A stretch of DNA of 64,000 bases, from NCBI GenBank assembly GCA_965216635.1, contig OZ244188.1, forward strand, positions 320,001 through 384,000, written 5' to 3'. How positions within the stretch are numbered: the first letter of the stretch is position 1; each line of letters begins with the position of its first letter. This stretch comes from a bacterium (lineage in GTDB: Bacteria; SAR324; XYD2-FULL-50-16; G965216635). Positions 18,787 through 28,102 of the stretch are shown in pieces. Made by a program: the position numbers and the translations under genes. The notes beneath the pieces were generated by a model. The model had not been told where the DNA came from, did no database searches, and was given only the letters and a program-made list of their open reading frames with translations.

Positions 18787-20109
18787 ATGAAAAATTCAAA
18801 AAGAGCTTTCAAAGGGAGCATAAAGCAAATGCCTCTTAAAAATTATAAGGCAAAAGTAGCTACCGCTGGTTTTCAGGGGGCTGGTTTTTGTGATGCGAGT
18901 TTTCGTGGGGCGTTCCAATGGACAGTCCTGCTAGGTGTGATTCTGTTTGCTTCACTATTTGTAGGGGTGGGTAGCTTAAAAGCCCAAGAAGGAAAACAAG
19001 CAAGACAGCAGGGTTGGTTTGTAGGTGTTAGTCCTTTTGTTTCGGGTTTTGAGATAACGACAGAAACTAGCAATATTAGGACAACAACAACAAAAATGGA
19101 GGTATCTGCAAATATTGAGATTACAGCAGTGAGCAATAGCTATGCAGGTGCAATATTTGATACTACGCTAGATGCTGCTCGTGCTATTTCTAATGGCGTG
19201 TATCTTGTGACATGGGAAACTCTACCAAATGGGAGGAGCGAAGCGTCACAGGATGAGGGAATTGAGGCTGCTATAGACATCTGTAAGCAAGGAAGTGCGG
19301 ATATATCTGGAACTAATATCCTTTCTTTAGATGCAACTCGTGGAACAGTCAGTCAGTTTAGCGATAATTACTTGACAGACCTTAGTCTAGAGAGAAATAA
19401 TTTATGTAAAAACAGATTTACTGAGCTAGATTTTGGTAGTATTGGTGACATAGTAACAACTAGCACTAGAAATGTTGCTGATGCTCCTACTCCTACTATT
19501 CCTAGTCCCAATTTTTCTCGGACTGATTCGCTAGGCGGTTACGGAATCCTGTTTGGTTACAACTTGGAAAAATGGGGAGTCTCTTTGCAGTACTACGCTT
19601 TAACAGAAGGAAACAACAGGCTCAACTCTGTAATTGCGGTTGCGAATTATTTTCTGCCCTACGGGTTTTCTGTAGGCGCTGGTTTGGCTAATTTGACTTT
19701 GGATACTGACTTAGGTTCAGCGTCCAAAACAGCTCCAGCGGTACAGCTGGGTTACGACTACTCCATAACCAAAAACCTTTCCGTGCAAGCAGGTGCTCTT
19801 TGGTCTGGAAGCTCTCTTTCAGTAGGAAATAATCTAAGCTCAACAACAGAAACTTACGAAATAGTATCTGATGAAGCTACATTTATGGATGAAAAAAATG
19901 ATTCTTTGGTTCTTGGAATCAGAAAACCAAATAACTTGATTGTGAATGATATTGAACCAGACAATAGGATAGAGGTTACCCGAACGCAAACAATAACGGA
20001 AACTAGAAGAGCCAATGTGCGAAGCACAACCACCAATACAGAGAATCGTGTAATCAAGGTGAAATCAACGAATGCTATTTATATCCGCTTCGTGCTTCGC
20101 TTTAAATAG
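18787..20109 (+). CDS. Outer-membrane beta-barrel surface protein, paralogue 1
   Basis: Extended signal peptide ending SLKA, amphipathic strands (GYGILFGYN, VGAGLA, VQLGYDYS) and a C-terminal beta-signal-like YIRFVLRFK. Confidence 0.7.
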   Translation: MKNSKRAFKGSIKQMPLKNYKAKVATAGFQGAGFCDASFRGAFQWTVLLGVILFASLFVGVGSLKAQEGKQARQQGWFVGVSPFVSGFEITTETSNIRTTTTKMEVSANIEITAVSNSYAGAIFDTTLDAARAISNGVYLVTWETLPNGRSEASQDEGIEAAIDICKQGSADISGTNILSLDATRGTVSQFSDNYLTDLSLERNNLCKNRFTELDFGSIGDIVTTSTRNVADAPTPTIPSPNFSRTDSLGGYGILFGYNLEKWGVSLQYYALTEGNNRLNSVIAVANYFLPYGFSVGAGLANLTLDTDLGSASKTAPAVQLGYDYSITKNLSVQAGALWSGSSLSVGNNLSSTTETYEIVSDEATFMDEKNDSLVLGIRKPNNLIVNDIEPDNRIEVTRTQTITETRRANVRSTTTNTENRVIKVKSTNAIYIRFVLRFK

Positions 20110-20221
20110 AAATTCCTGTATGAATTCTGATTAAGAAAACTTCTGAAAATTTTATTTTTATAAGGAAAGGAAAAAAAGATTATTACTTGATTAAGGTTGG
20201 ACAATAATTAAAAAACCTGTA

Positions 20222-20258
20222 GGGGATGTTTTTTTTTCAACGAAAAAAATAACGTCCC
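20222..20258. terminator. Hairpin downstream of paralogue 1 (identical copy after paralogue 2 at ~21860-21896)
   Basis: ggggatgttttttttt-caacg-aaaaaaataacgtcccc inverted repeat. Confidence 0.45.
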
Positions 20259-20439
20259 CGCAAAAACCAGAGACCAGAAACCAGAGAGTCTCTACTTTTG
20301 CTGTTTGCTAAAAGGTTTCAAACAAGGTAAATTTTTAAAAAAAAGGTATAAAGCAAAACTTATAAAACTTGACTTTATTGTAAAATTTTAATATCTATAG
20401 GCTACAGAATTTTGTTTTTAACTCTCATTAAATATTATA

Positions 20440-21747
20440 ATGAAAAATTCAAAAAGAGCTTTCAAAGGGAGCATAAAGCAAATGCCTCTTAAAAATTATA
20501 AGGCAAAAGTAGCTCCCGCTGGTTTTCAGGGGGCTGGTTTTTGTGGGGCTGGTTCTTTTAGGGCGGGATTACTAGTAGGTGCGATTTTGTTGAGTTCACT
20601 ATTTGTAGGGGTGGGTAGCTTAAAAGCACAAGAAGTAAAACAAGCAAGACAGCTGGGCTGGTTTGTGGGTGTTAGTCCTTTTGTTTCGGGTTTTGAGATA
20701 ACGACAGAAACTAGCAATATTAGGAGAACAACAACAAAAAAGGAGGTATCTGCAGATATTGTTACAGGAGCTAGCAATAACTATGCAGGTGCAATATTTG
20801 ATACTACGCTAGATGGTATTTCTTTATTTCAAAATGGCATTAAAAATATGTCTGTGTGGAGCGGTCATCCAAATAATCTCAGCGAAGCGTCACGGGATGA
20901 GGGAATTAACGTTGTTATAGACATTTGTAAGCAAGGAGGTGTGGGTAGTGAAACTAGGCTCTTTTCTTTGGATGCAACTCGTGGAACACAAAATGAGTTC
21001 CAGTCAAATTTCTTTGAATTGATTAATCAAGAAAGAGGTAATTTTTGTAGAAACACATTTTCCGAGCTAGATTCTGGTAGTATTGGTGACACGGACACAA
21101 CTAGCACTAGATTTGTTGCTGATGCTCCTACTATTTCTAGTCCCAATTTTTCTCGGACTGATTCACTAGGTGGCTATGGAATCCTGTTTGGTTACAACTT
21201 GGAAAAATGGGGAGTCTCTTTGCAGTATTACGCTTTAACAGAAGGAAACAACAGGCTCAACTCTGTAATTGCGGTTGCGAATTATTTTCTGCCCTACGGG
21301 TTTTCTGTAGGCGCTGGTTTGGCTAATTTGACTTTGGATACTGACTTAGGTTCAGCGTCCAAAACAGCTCCAGCGGTACAGCTTGGTTACGACTACTCCA
21401 TAACCAAAAACCTTTCCGTGCAAGCAGGTGCTCTTTGGTCTGGAAGCTCTCTTTCAGTAGAAAAAAATGTTGTAGTCTCAACAACGCCAACCTACGAAAT
21501 AGTATTAGATGAAGCCACGATTTCTGATGAAAAGGAAAATTCTTTGGTAGTTGGAATCACCACCCCAGATAACTATCTTTTTGGGAATAATTCCCCAGAC
21601 AATAGGATAAAGGTTACCAGAACGCAAACAATAACGGGAATTAGAAGAGCCAATGTGCGAAGCACAACCACCAATACAGAGCATCGTGTAATCAAGGTGA
21701 AATCCACGAATGCTATTTATATCCGCTTCGTGCTTCGCTTTAAATAG
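20440..21747 (+). CDS. Outer-membrane beta-barrel surface protein, paralogue 2
   Basis: Conserved blocks nearly identical to paralogue 1; two divergent inserted segments. Confidence 0.7.
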   Translation: MKNSKRAFKGSIKQMPLKNYKAKVAPAGFQGAGFCGAGSFRAGLLVGAILLSSLFVGVGSLKAQEVKQARQLGWFVGVSPFVSGFEITTETSNIRRTTTKKEVSADIVTGASNNYAGAIFDTTLDGISLFQNGIKNMSVWSGHPNNLSEASRDEGINVVIDICKQGGVGSETRLFSLDATRGTQNEFQSNFFELINQERGNFCRNTFSELDSGSIGDTDTTSTRFVADAPTISSPNFSRTDSLGGYGILFGYNLEKWGVSLQYYALTEGNNRLNSVIAVANYFLPYGFSVGAGLANLTLDTDLGSASKTAPAVQLGYDYSITKNLSVQAGALWSGSSLSVEKNVVVSTTPTYEIVLDEATISDEKENSLVVGITTPDNYLFGNNSPDNRIKVTRTQTITGIRRANVRSTTTNTEHRVIKVKSTNAIYIRFVLRFK

Positions 21748-22068
21748 AAATTCCTGTATGAATTCTGATTAAGAAAACTTCTGAAAATTTTATCTTTATA
21801 AGGAAAGGAAAAAAAGATTATTACTTGATTAAGGTAAGACAATAATTAAAAAACCTGTAGGGGATGTTTTTTTTTCAACGAAAAAAATAACGTCCCCGCA
21901 AAAACACCTTACCTTTTTAAATGAGGACACATTTTTACCCAAAATGGTTGCTTAGTCAACCATTTGGAGCAAAAAAAATGTCCCCAGCAATCAATTTGGT
22001 TTTTTTATTTGTTTTTAGCTATCCTTTATAAAGTTTTGTTTTTTAACCTTTAAATAATAAATTATATT

Positions 22069-23289
22069 ATGAAATCTATAAATATTAGATTGAACTTGGT
22101 TGTATTGAAATCGGTTGTTTTGCCCCTTATATTTACAGCGGCATTTTTGTTTTTCTATGCAGGGGTGGGTAGTTTAAAAGCCCAAGAAGGAAAACAAGCA
22201 AGACAGCTGGGTTGGTTTGTGGGGGTTAGTCCTTTTGTTTCGGGTTTTGAGATAACGACAGAAACTAGCAATATTAGGGAAACAACAACAAAAGAGGAGG
22301 TATCTGCAGATATTGAAATCACAGCAGTGAGCAATAGCTATGCAGGTGCAATATTTGATGTTTCACTAGATAATGTTTCTGTTTATCGGATAAGGGTTTT
22401 AAACGGTGAGCCTATAAATCAGAATGATAGCCGTAATACTGGGCCAAATGATCGCGACGCAACGCAAAGAACTGAGGCAATCACCGCTGCTATAGACGGA
22501 TGTAAAGATGATATTTCTTTTTCTATCTTCAGTGTGGATGCAACTCGTGGAACATACACTACCATTAGTCGGAATCCCGGTGTGTGTAAAAAAGAATTTG
22601 ATAAACTAGATTTTGGTAGAATTGGTGACGTGAGAGCAATTAGCCCTAGAGATGTTGATGACGCTCCTACTATTTCTAGCCCCAATTTTTCTCGGACTGA
22701 TTCGCTAGGTGGTTACGGAATCCTGTTTGGTTACAACTTGGAAAAATGGGGAGTCTCTTTGCAGTACTACGCTTTAACAGAAGGAAACAACAGGCTCAAC
22801 TCTGTAATTGCGGTTGCGAATTATTTTCTGCCCTACGGGTTTTCTGTAGGCGCTGGTTTGGCTAATTTGGCTTTGGATACTGACTTAGGTTCAACGTCCA
22901 AAACAGCTCCAGCGGTACAGTTTGGTTACGCCTACTCCATAACCAAAAACCTTTCCGTGCAAGCGGGTGCTCTTTGGTCTGGAAGCTCTCTTTCAGTAGA
23001 AAAAAATGTTGTAGTCTCAACAACAACACCAACCTACGAAATAGTATCTGATGAAGCCGCGAATACTGATACAAAGAAAAATTCTTTGGTAGTTGGAATC
23101 TCCAACCCAGACAATTTTATCAACGGAGATAATGTTGGAGACAATAGGATAGAGGTTACCCGAACGCAAACAATAACGGAAACTAGAAGAGGCAATGTGC
23201 GAAGCACAACCACCAATACAGAGCATCGTGCAATCAAGGTGAAATCCACGAATGCTATTTATATCCGCTTCGTGCTTCGCTTTTTTTAA
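22069..23289 (+). CDS. Outer-membrane beta-barrel surface protein, paralogue 3 (different signal peptide)
   Basis: Same conserved blocks from GVGSLKAQEG onward; ends RFVLRFF. Confidence 0.7.
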   Translation: MKSINIRLNLVVLKSVVLPLIFTAAFLFFYAGVGSLKAQEGKQARQLGWFVGVSPFVSGFEITTETSNIRETTTKEEVSADIEITAVSNSYAGAIFDVSLDNVSVYRIRVLNGEPINQNDSRNTGPNDRDATQRTEAITAAIDGCKDDISFSIFSVDATRGTYTTISRNPGVCKKEFDKLDFGRIGDVRAISPRDVDDAPTISSPNFSRTDSLGGYGILFGYNLEKWGVSLQYYALTEGNNRLNSVIAVANYFLPYGFSVGAGLANLALDTDLGSTSKTAPAVQFGYAYSITKNLSVQAGALWSGSSLSVEKNVVVSTTTPTYEIVSDEAANTDTKKNSLVVGISNPDNFINGDNVGDNRIEVTRTQTITETRRGNVRSTTTNTEHRAIKVKSTNAIYIRFVLRFF

Positions 23290-23311
23290 AAATCTGTAGA
23301 GAAAAAACCCT

Positions 23312-23337
23312 GAGTAGAGACTAGAGAGTCTCTACTC
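23312..23337. repeat. GTAG-type palindrome / possible terminator
   Basis: gagtagagact-agag-agtctctactc 11-bp perfect stem; a partial copy lies near 20270-20296. Confidence 0.5.
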
Positions 23338-23485
23338 TTGCTATTTGTAGCCCTTTGATCTATAATGCTAGTTCAAAGGTTTCAGGCGAGATAATTTTTT
23401 TTTTATGTAGTAAAGATGCACATTAACCTTAATTTTTATTCTTAATTTTTATCCTTAATTTTTATTAGGAAATTTAAAAACTATT

Positions 23486-24589
23486 ATGCAAAAAATTCCT
23501 CAATACGCTAATATTTCATTGTTTTTTTTGGGACTCAATTTTTTTCTTTTTCTTTTTTCTCCGTCTTTTGCTAACTATTCTTTAGTTGCTTTGGTTGTAT
23601 GGTTATTGGCAAGTTTTTATTATCAAGAGATACCTGCGAATTACAGAAATATCTATCCTTATGGAATTTGTAGTCTTTTTGTTGTTTTAGGTGCTTCTAT
23701 CTTAAGAAATCAGGCTTGGGACTCGTTTGCTCTTTTCATCCCGTTTGTTATTCCTTTGATCATTTTTTGGCTGACTATTTCTTTGCAGGTAAAAGATTAT
23801 TCTAAAGGGTTGCTTGTTCTCTGTGTGTTATATATCTTACTCTATGTGCATCAAACTTTTTTAATTACCCCCATTATTTTGATATCTGATATTTCGTTTG
23901 ATGATTTTTTTCCTATTCTTTTAGTTTTTTTCCCCATATTTTTAACGGGAATCTTAAAAAGAAAAATGCTTTATAGTTTTTTTTGGAAGCCGGTGCACAT
24001 TATTCTTGCGATCTGTTTGTTTTTAATACTGCTCTCTAGTTTTGAAGTTGTAATTTGGCTACTTCTATTATATTCCTTTCTATTAGTAGGAGCTCCTAGA
24101 ATGTATAGGTTTGGTTTGACTACTCTTATTTCCTTTTGGGTGGTTGTTTTTTTCATTTCTTTGATCTGGGGCAATATCAATTTATCTGGAACAGTTTATA
24201 ACGATATAACAGGGATGTTTCAACTATGGAAATTTGACTTTATAGAAAATTTTAGCTGGCTTGGGGTTGGAGAATGGGTACGAGATGGTAAAAATACTTA
24301 CCACCAGTTTTATTTAAGTTTTGGCTTTTGGGGACTCTTCTTTTATCTGCTTCTTATTGCAGGTTTTCTTGTAGCAGTATTTTCTACAGCGATCAGACAA
24401 TACGCTCGAGATAAAAATGAAAATCATATTCTGTGGGGTTTTGTTTCCTCTGTCATTTTATTTTTATTGCTCTGTACTTTTAAGAAAGATTTTATTAGCC
24501 TAGCTAGTTTTTATTTAATAATGGGTTTTTGGGGATTTGCTTTAGGCTTTATTAATATAGTAAGAGGCTTAAAGAAAAATAGAGTTTAG
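23486..24589 (+). CDS. Polytopic membrane protein, possibly O-antigen ligase/polymerase-like
   Basis: About 10-11 hydrophobic segments; a late loop LGVG...NTYHQFYLSFGFWG resembles the Wzy_C region. Confidence 0.45.
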   Translation: MQKIPQYANISLFFLGLNFFLFLFSPSFANYSLVALVVWLLASFYYQEIPANYRNIYPYGICSLFVVLGASILRNQAWDSFALFIPFVIPLIIFWLTISLQVKDYSKGLLVLCVLYILLYVHQTFLITPIILISDISFDDFFPILLVFFPIFLTGILKRKMLYSFFWKPVHIILAICLFLILLSSFEVVIWLLLLYSFLLVGAPRMYRFGLTTLISFWVVVFFISLIWGNINLSGTVYNDITGMFQLWKFDFIENFSWLGVGEWVRDGKNTYHQFYLSFGFWGLFFYLLLIAGFLVAVFSTAIRQYARDKNENHILWGFVSSVILFLLLCTFKKDFISLASFYLIMGFWGFALGFINIVRGLKKNRV

Positions 24590-25510
24590 ATGCTACACTT
24601 ACTAGATTGGAAAGACTGGCAAACTTCTGTATTGCATTATTTGTTGGGTTTAAGCCATAAAATCAAAAGATCTCCTCAAGACTACACCCAAGCAATGAAG
24701 CATAAAAATTTGCTTATGCTTTTTGAAAAAACTTCTACCAGAACTCGCACTTCCTTTGAAGTAGCTATGAACCAAATGGGAGGAGATGCTATTTTCATGG
24801 ATCCAGAACATTCCCAAATATCCAAAACAAAACTTCGTTATGAGACTGCTTCTATTTCTGGCTACTGTGATTTTATTTTGGCTCGCTTAAAAAGCCACGA
24901 GAGTCTTCTAGAAATGTCACAAGTATCCGAAGTTTCTGTTATCAATGGCTGTTGCGACCGCTATCATCCCTGTCAAACCTTAGCAGATATTATGACCATC
25001 AGTGAATACAAGAAAAATTTAGACGAAGTAAAGTTAGTCTATACAGGTATTTATAATAATGTAGCAAACTCGCTTGTGTCGCTTGCAAACCACTTTAAGA
25101 TCAAACTTACCTTAGTTTGTCCAGCAGACGATGGGGAAATTATAGACAAGGAGCAGAGAGAGCTTGCCTTAAAAAATAATATTCTTACAGAGACAGAAAA
25201 TTTGAGTGAGGCAGTAGCTACAGCGGATTTTGTTTATACAGATACTTGGCTTGATATGGAATTTTTTAGCGATCCAAAAAAACAAGATCTATGGGAAAAA
25301 AGAAAAAATACTATGCTAAAATATCAACTCAATCGCTCGCTTTTAAAAAATTCTAAGGCTTGGATTATGCACGATATGCCAATACACGCAGGCTACGAGA
25401 TAGAAGCGGAACTAGTAGAATCTGAAAACTCTATTATCTACCAGCAGAGCAAAAACCGCCTTTACGCTCAAAAAGCGATTCTTTGCTATTTATTGGAAAC
25501 TAAAAACTAA
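24590..25510 (+). CDS. argF: Ornithine carbamoyltransferase
   Basis: FEKTSTRTR, HPCQTLAD, YTDTW and MHDMP motifs. Confidence 0.88.
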   Translation: MLHLLDWKDWQTSVLHYLLGLSHKIKRSPQDYTQAMKHKNLLMLFEKTSTRTRTSFEVAMNQMGGDAIFMDPEHSQISKTKLRYETASISGYCDFILARLKSHESLLEMSQVSEVSVINGCCDRYHPCQTLADIMTISEYKKNLDEVKLVYTGIYNNVANSLVSLANHFKIKLTLVCPADDGEIIDKEQRELALKNNILTETENLSEAVATADFVYTDTWLDMEFFSDPKKQDLWEKRKNTMLKYQLNRSLLKNSKAWIMHDMPIHAGYEIEAELVESENSIIYQQSKNRLYAQKAILCYLLETKN

Positions 25511-25550
25511 AAACCAGAAACGAAAAACCAGAAACGAAAAACCAGAAAGG
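25509..25550. repeat. 14-bp tandem repeat x3 (aaaaaccagaaacg)
   Basis: Directly visible after the argF stop. Confidence 0.85.
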
Positions 25551-25636
25551 GATTTTTTTTAGAGTGGAAAAGGGTTTGCTTTTTTTTAGAATTTATTTTA
25601 AATGCAAACTAATTATTTAATTTATTCAATCATATT

Positions 25637-25999
25637 ATGAGTCATACAGTTTATATTATTCTCCACCTAGTAGGTGCTTTCTTTGTTGTCTTTGCTTTAG
25701 GCGGAAGCCTGTTGCAAGCTATCAATACTGGAAATAGGAATTTTAAGTTTAAGAAAGCTATCGCATCCATTCACGGCATCGGGTTGTTATTACTTTTAGT
25801 TGCGGGGTTTGGCTTAATTACAAAAAATGGCTATTTTCCTATACCTATTTGGGTTTGGATAAAAATTATCATTTGGGGATTTTACGCTATTGTTAGTGGT
25901 TTAGCTTTTAAGAAGGCAGAAAAAAGCAGTTTGCTTTGGGTGATTACACTACTACTTTTTATAGTCGTGATTATACTAGCCAAGTTAAAGCCTTTTTAA
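25637..25999 (+). CDS. Small four-TM membrane protein
   Basis: Four hydrophobic helices with two His-containing segments (ILHLVG, IHGIG) and a WVWIK motif. Confidence 0.7.
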   Translation: MSHTVYIILHLVGAFFVVFALGGSLLQAINTGNRNFKFKKAIASIHGIGLLLLLVAGFGLITKNGYFPIPIWVWIKIIIWGFYAIVSGLAFKKAEKSSLLWVITLLLFIVVIILAKLKPF

Positions 26000-26003
26000 T
26001 GAA

Positions 26004-26345
26004 ATGGAGAATATAGATTTAGCTAAAATAGCAGAACTAGCCTATCTAGAAATCCAAGAATCAGAAAAAGAAAAGCTCACCCAAAAATTAAAACAGGTTA
26101 TTGAGTATGTTGGAAAAATTAAAGAATTGGATTTTTCTGTTACATCCAAAGAAAACCTAGAACCTACCAGCGCCTTAAAGCCCAAAATAGCCGAGCCCAA
26201 AATAGCCGAGCCAGCTATAGTAGAACCAGTGAGACTTAGAGCAGATAAGCCTCAAAAAACGCAAATAGATATTACGACTTTAAGCAATTCAACAGAAAAT
26301 GGTTGTTTTAAAGTCCCTAAAGTTATCAAAAATTTTGAAAACTAA
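26004..26345 (+). CDS. gatC: Asp/Glu-tRNA amidotransferase subunit C with a short repeat insertion
   Basis: IAELAYLEI...IEYVGKIKELD...LRAD...FKVPKVI; PKIAE repeats inserted. Confidence 0.85.
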   Translation: MENIDLAKIAELAYLEIQESEKEKLTQKLKQVIEYVGKIKELDFSVTSKENLEPTSALKPKIAEPKIAEPAIVEPVRLRADKPQKTQIDITTLSNSTENGCFKVPKVIKNFEN

Positions 26346-27363
26346 AGAACTGAATTCTAAACTTTGCTGGCAGAATTTTTCTATATCTCTCGCTCCTTTT
26401 GAAAAATGGATCATCACTATCGGTAATTTTGATGGTATTCATTTAGGGCATTTATTTTTGCTTAAGCAATTAAAAAACCTTGCTAAAGAAAAAAAACTCA
26501 ATAGTGGAGTTGTAAGTTTTTCCCCCCATCCCCAGAAAATACTTTCTCAAAAAAAAATCTATGAAATCTATGGATACCAGCGCAAAAAAGAGCTGTTAGC
26601 AAATACAGAAATTCATTCCCTTTTTATCATTGGTTTTGATGAGTTGTTATCAAAAACTTCTGCTGAAGATTTTATTCAGTTTTTAATCCAAAAAATACCT
26701 ATTCAGTGTTTTTTAATAGGCTATGATTTTTCTTTTGGTAAAAATAGACAAGGCAATGTTGATTTAATTAAAAAAGTAGTAAAAAAAAAAAATATTGAAG
26801 TGGTTTTAGTACCGCCGCACCTTTCAAAAAAACAGATTGTTTCTAGCTCGTGTGTTCGGCAACTCCTACAAAAAGGAGATTTTCAAGAGGCAGCAACTCA
26901 GTTAGGTTTGCCTTGGCACTTAAAAGGAGAGGTATGCGAAGGAAAAAAGATGGGTGTGAAATTAGGATTTCCTACAATCAATCTAAAATTAGACTTTATT
27001 CCTCCTTTAAAAATAGGAGTTTATGTTGTAAAGGTGAGAGTAAGGGATAAATGGTACGATGCTGTAGCTAATTATGGATTCGCACCTACTATAAAAAAAG
27101 CCATATATTTTGATGATCCAGTAAAAACAGATAAGTCTTTTTTTCAGCAAGCAATTTTAGAATGCCATCTTTTTGATTTTAATGAAAATATTTATCATCA
27201 TAAAGTGCTTGTCTGTCCTTTAAAATTTTTAAGGAATGAGTTAAAATTTACTCAATTAGAGTTTTTGAAAACCCAAATTCAAAAAGATAAGGAAAGTGCA
27301 GAGAATTTTTTTCAAAAAGATTTTATTTTTTCTCTTAAAGAGTTTAATAGTATACCTAACTAA
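26299..27363 (+). CDS. ribF: Bifunctional riboflavin kinase / FAD synthetase (true start uncertain)
   Basis: TIGNFDGIHLGH, GYDFSFG, LGFPTIN, GVY and ECHLFDF motifs. Confidence 0.92.
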   Translation: MVVLKSLKLSKILKTKELNSKLCWQNFSISLAPFEKWIITIGNFDGIHLGHLFLLKQLKNLAKEKKLNSGVVSFSPHPQKILSQKKIYEIYGYQRKKELLANTEIHSLFIIGFDELLSKTSAEDFIQFLIQKIPIQCFLIGYDFSFGKNRQGNVDLIKKVVKKKNIEVVLVPPHLSKKQIVSSSCVRQLLQKGDFQEAATQLGLPWHLKGEVCEGKKMGVKLGFPTINLKLDFIPPLKIGVYVVKVRVRDKWYDAVANYGFAPTIKKAIYFDDPVKTDKSFFQQAILECHLFDFNENIYHHKVLVCPLKFLRNELKFTQLEFLKTQIQKDKESAENFFQKDFIFSLKEFNSIPN

Positions 27364-27377
27364 AATAGAAACAAACT

Positions 27378-28100
27378 ATGCCAATACATATCAAAGCCGA
27401 AAAAGAGCAATTATCTCCTCTTGTTATAGTACCGGGGGATCCCGATAGGAGTAAGTATATTGCAGAAAATTATCTAGAGGAAGTAAAGTGCTACACGCAA
27501 TACAGACAACTTCTTGGCTATACTGGAAAGTATAAAGGGGTTCCTATTTCTGTGCAAACTACAGGGATGGGGGTGCCTAGCTGCATGATTGTGTGCGAAG
27601 AATTGGTTATGTTAGGAGCAACACACATCATCCGTATAGGAACTTGTGGAGGGTTGCAACCCTTTTTGAAACTCGGTAGCAGTATTATTGCGACTTCAGC
27701 TTGGGGCAGTAAATCCACAGTGGCTAGAATTGTAGAAAACGAAAACTATTGTCCTACATCCGATTTTGCTACTCTTTTAGAACTTTATTCCCAAGTAAAA
27801 GATAAAAATAATACTCATTTAGGATCTATCACTACTGAAGCATTGTTTTATCAAGAATTAGAAACCTATCTTCACCCGCTTGGTAAATTAGGTTGTTTAG
27901 CAGTAGAAATGGAAGCAGCAGGATTATTCGCACTAGGCGCTAAGCATAATATAAAAACAGCCTGTATTTTAACAGTTTCCGATTTAGTCTACTCTGGGGC
28001 GTTAGAGAGGGCTAGTGAAGAAAAAATTTTAGAGGGAGTGGAAATAAACACTCAGGTTGTGTTGGATGCTTTATATTCTATAAGCAAAAAAAATAAATAG
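27378..28100 (+). CDS. deoD: Purine-nucleoside phosphorylase (DeoD type)
   Basis: PGDPDR, GMGVPS, IRIGTCGG, VEMEAA and LTVSD motifs. Confidence 0.88.
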   Translation: MPIHIKAEKEQLSPLVIVPGDPDRSKYIAENYLEEVKCYTQYRQLLGYTGKYKGVPISVQTTGMGVPSCMIVCEELVMLGATHIIRIGTCGGLQPFLKLGSSIIATSAWGSKSTVARIVENENYCPTSDFATLLELYSQVKDKNNTHLGSITTEALFYQELETYLHPLGKLGCLAVEMEAAGLFALGAKHNIKTACILTVSDLVYSGALERASEEKILEGVEINTQVVLDALYSISKKNK

Positions 28101-28102
28101 TT

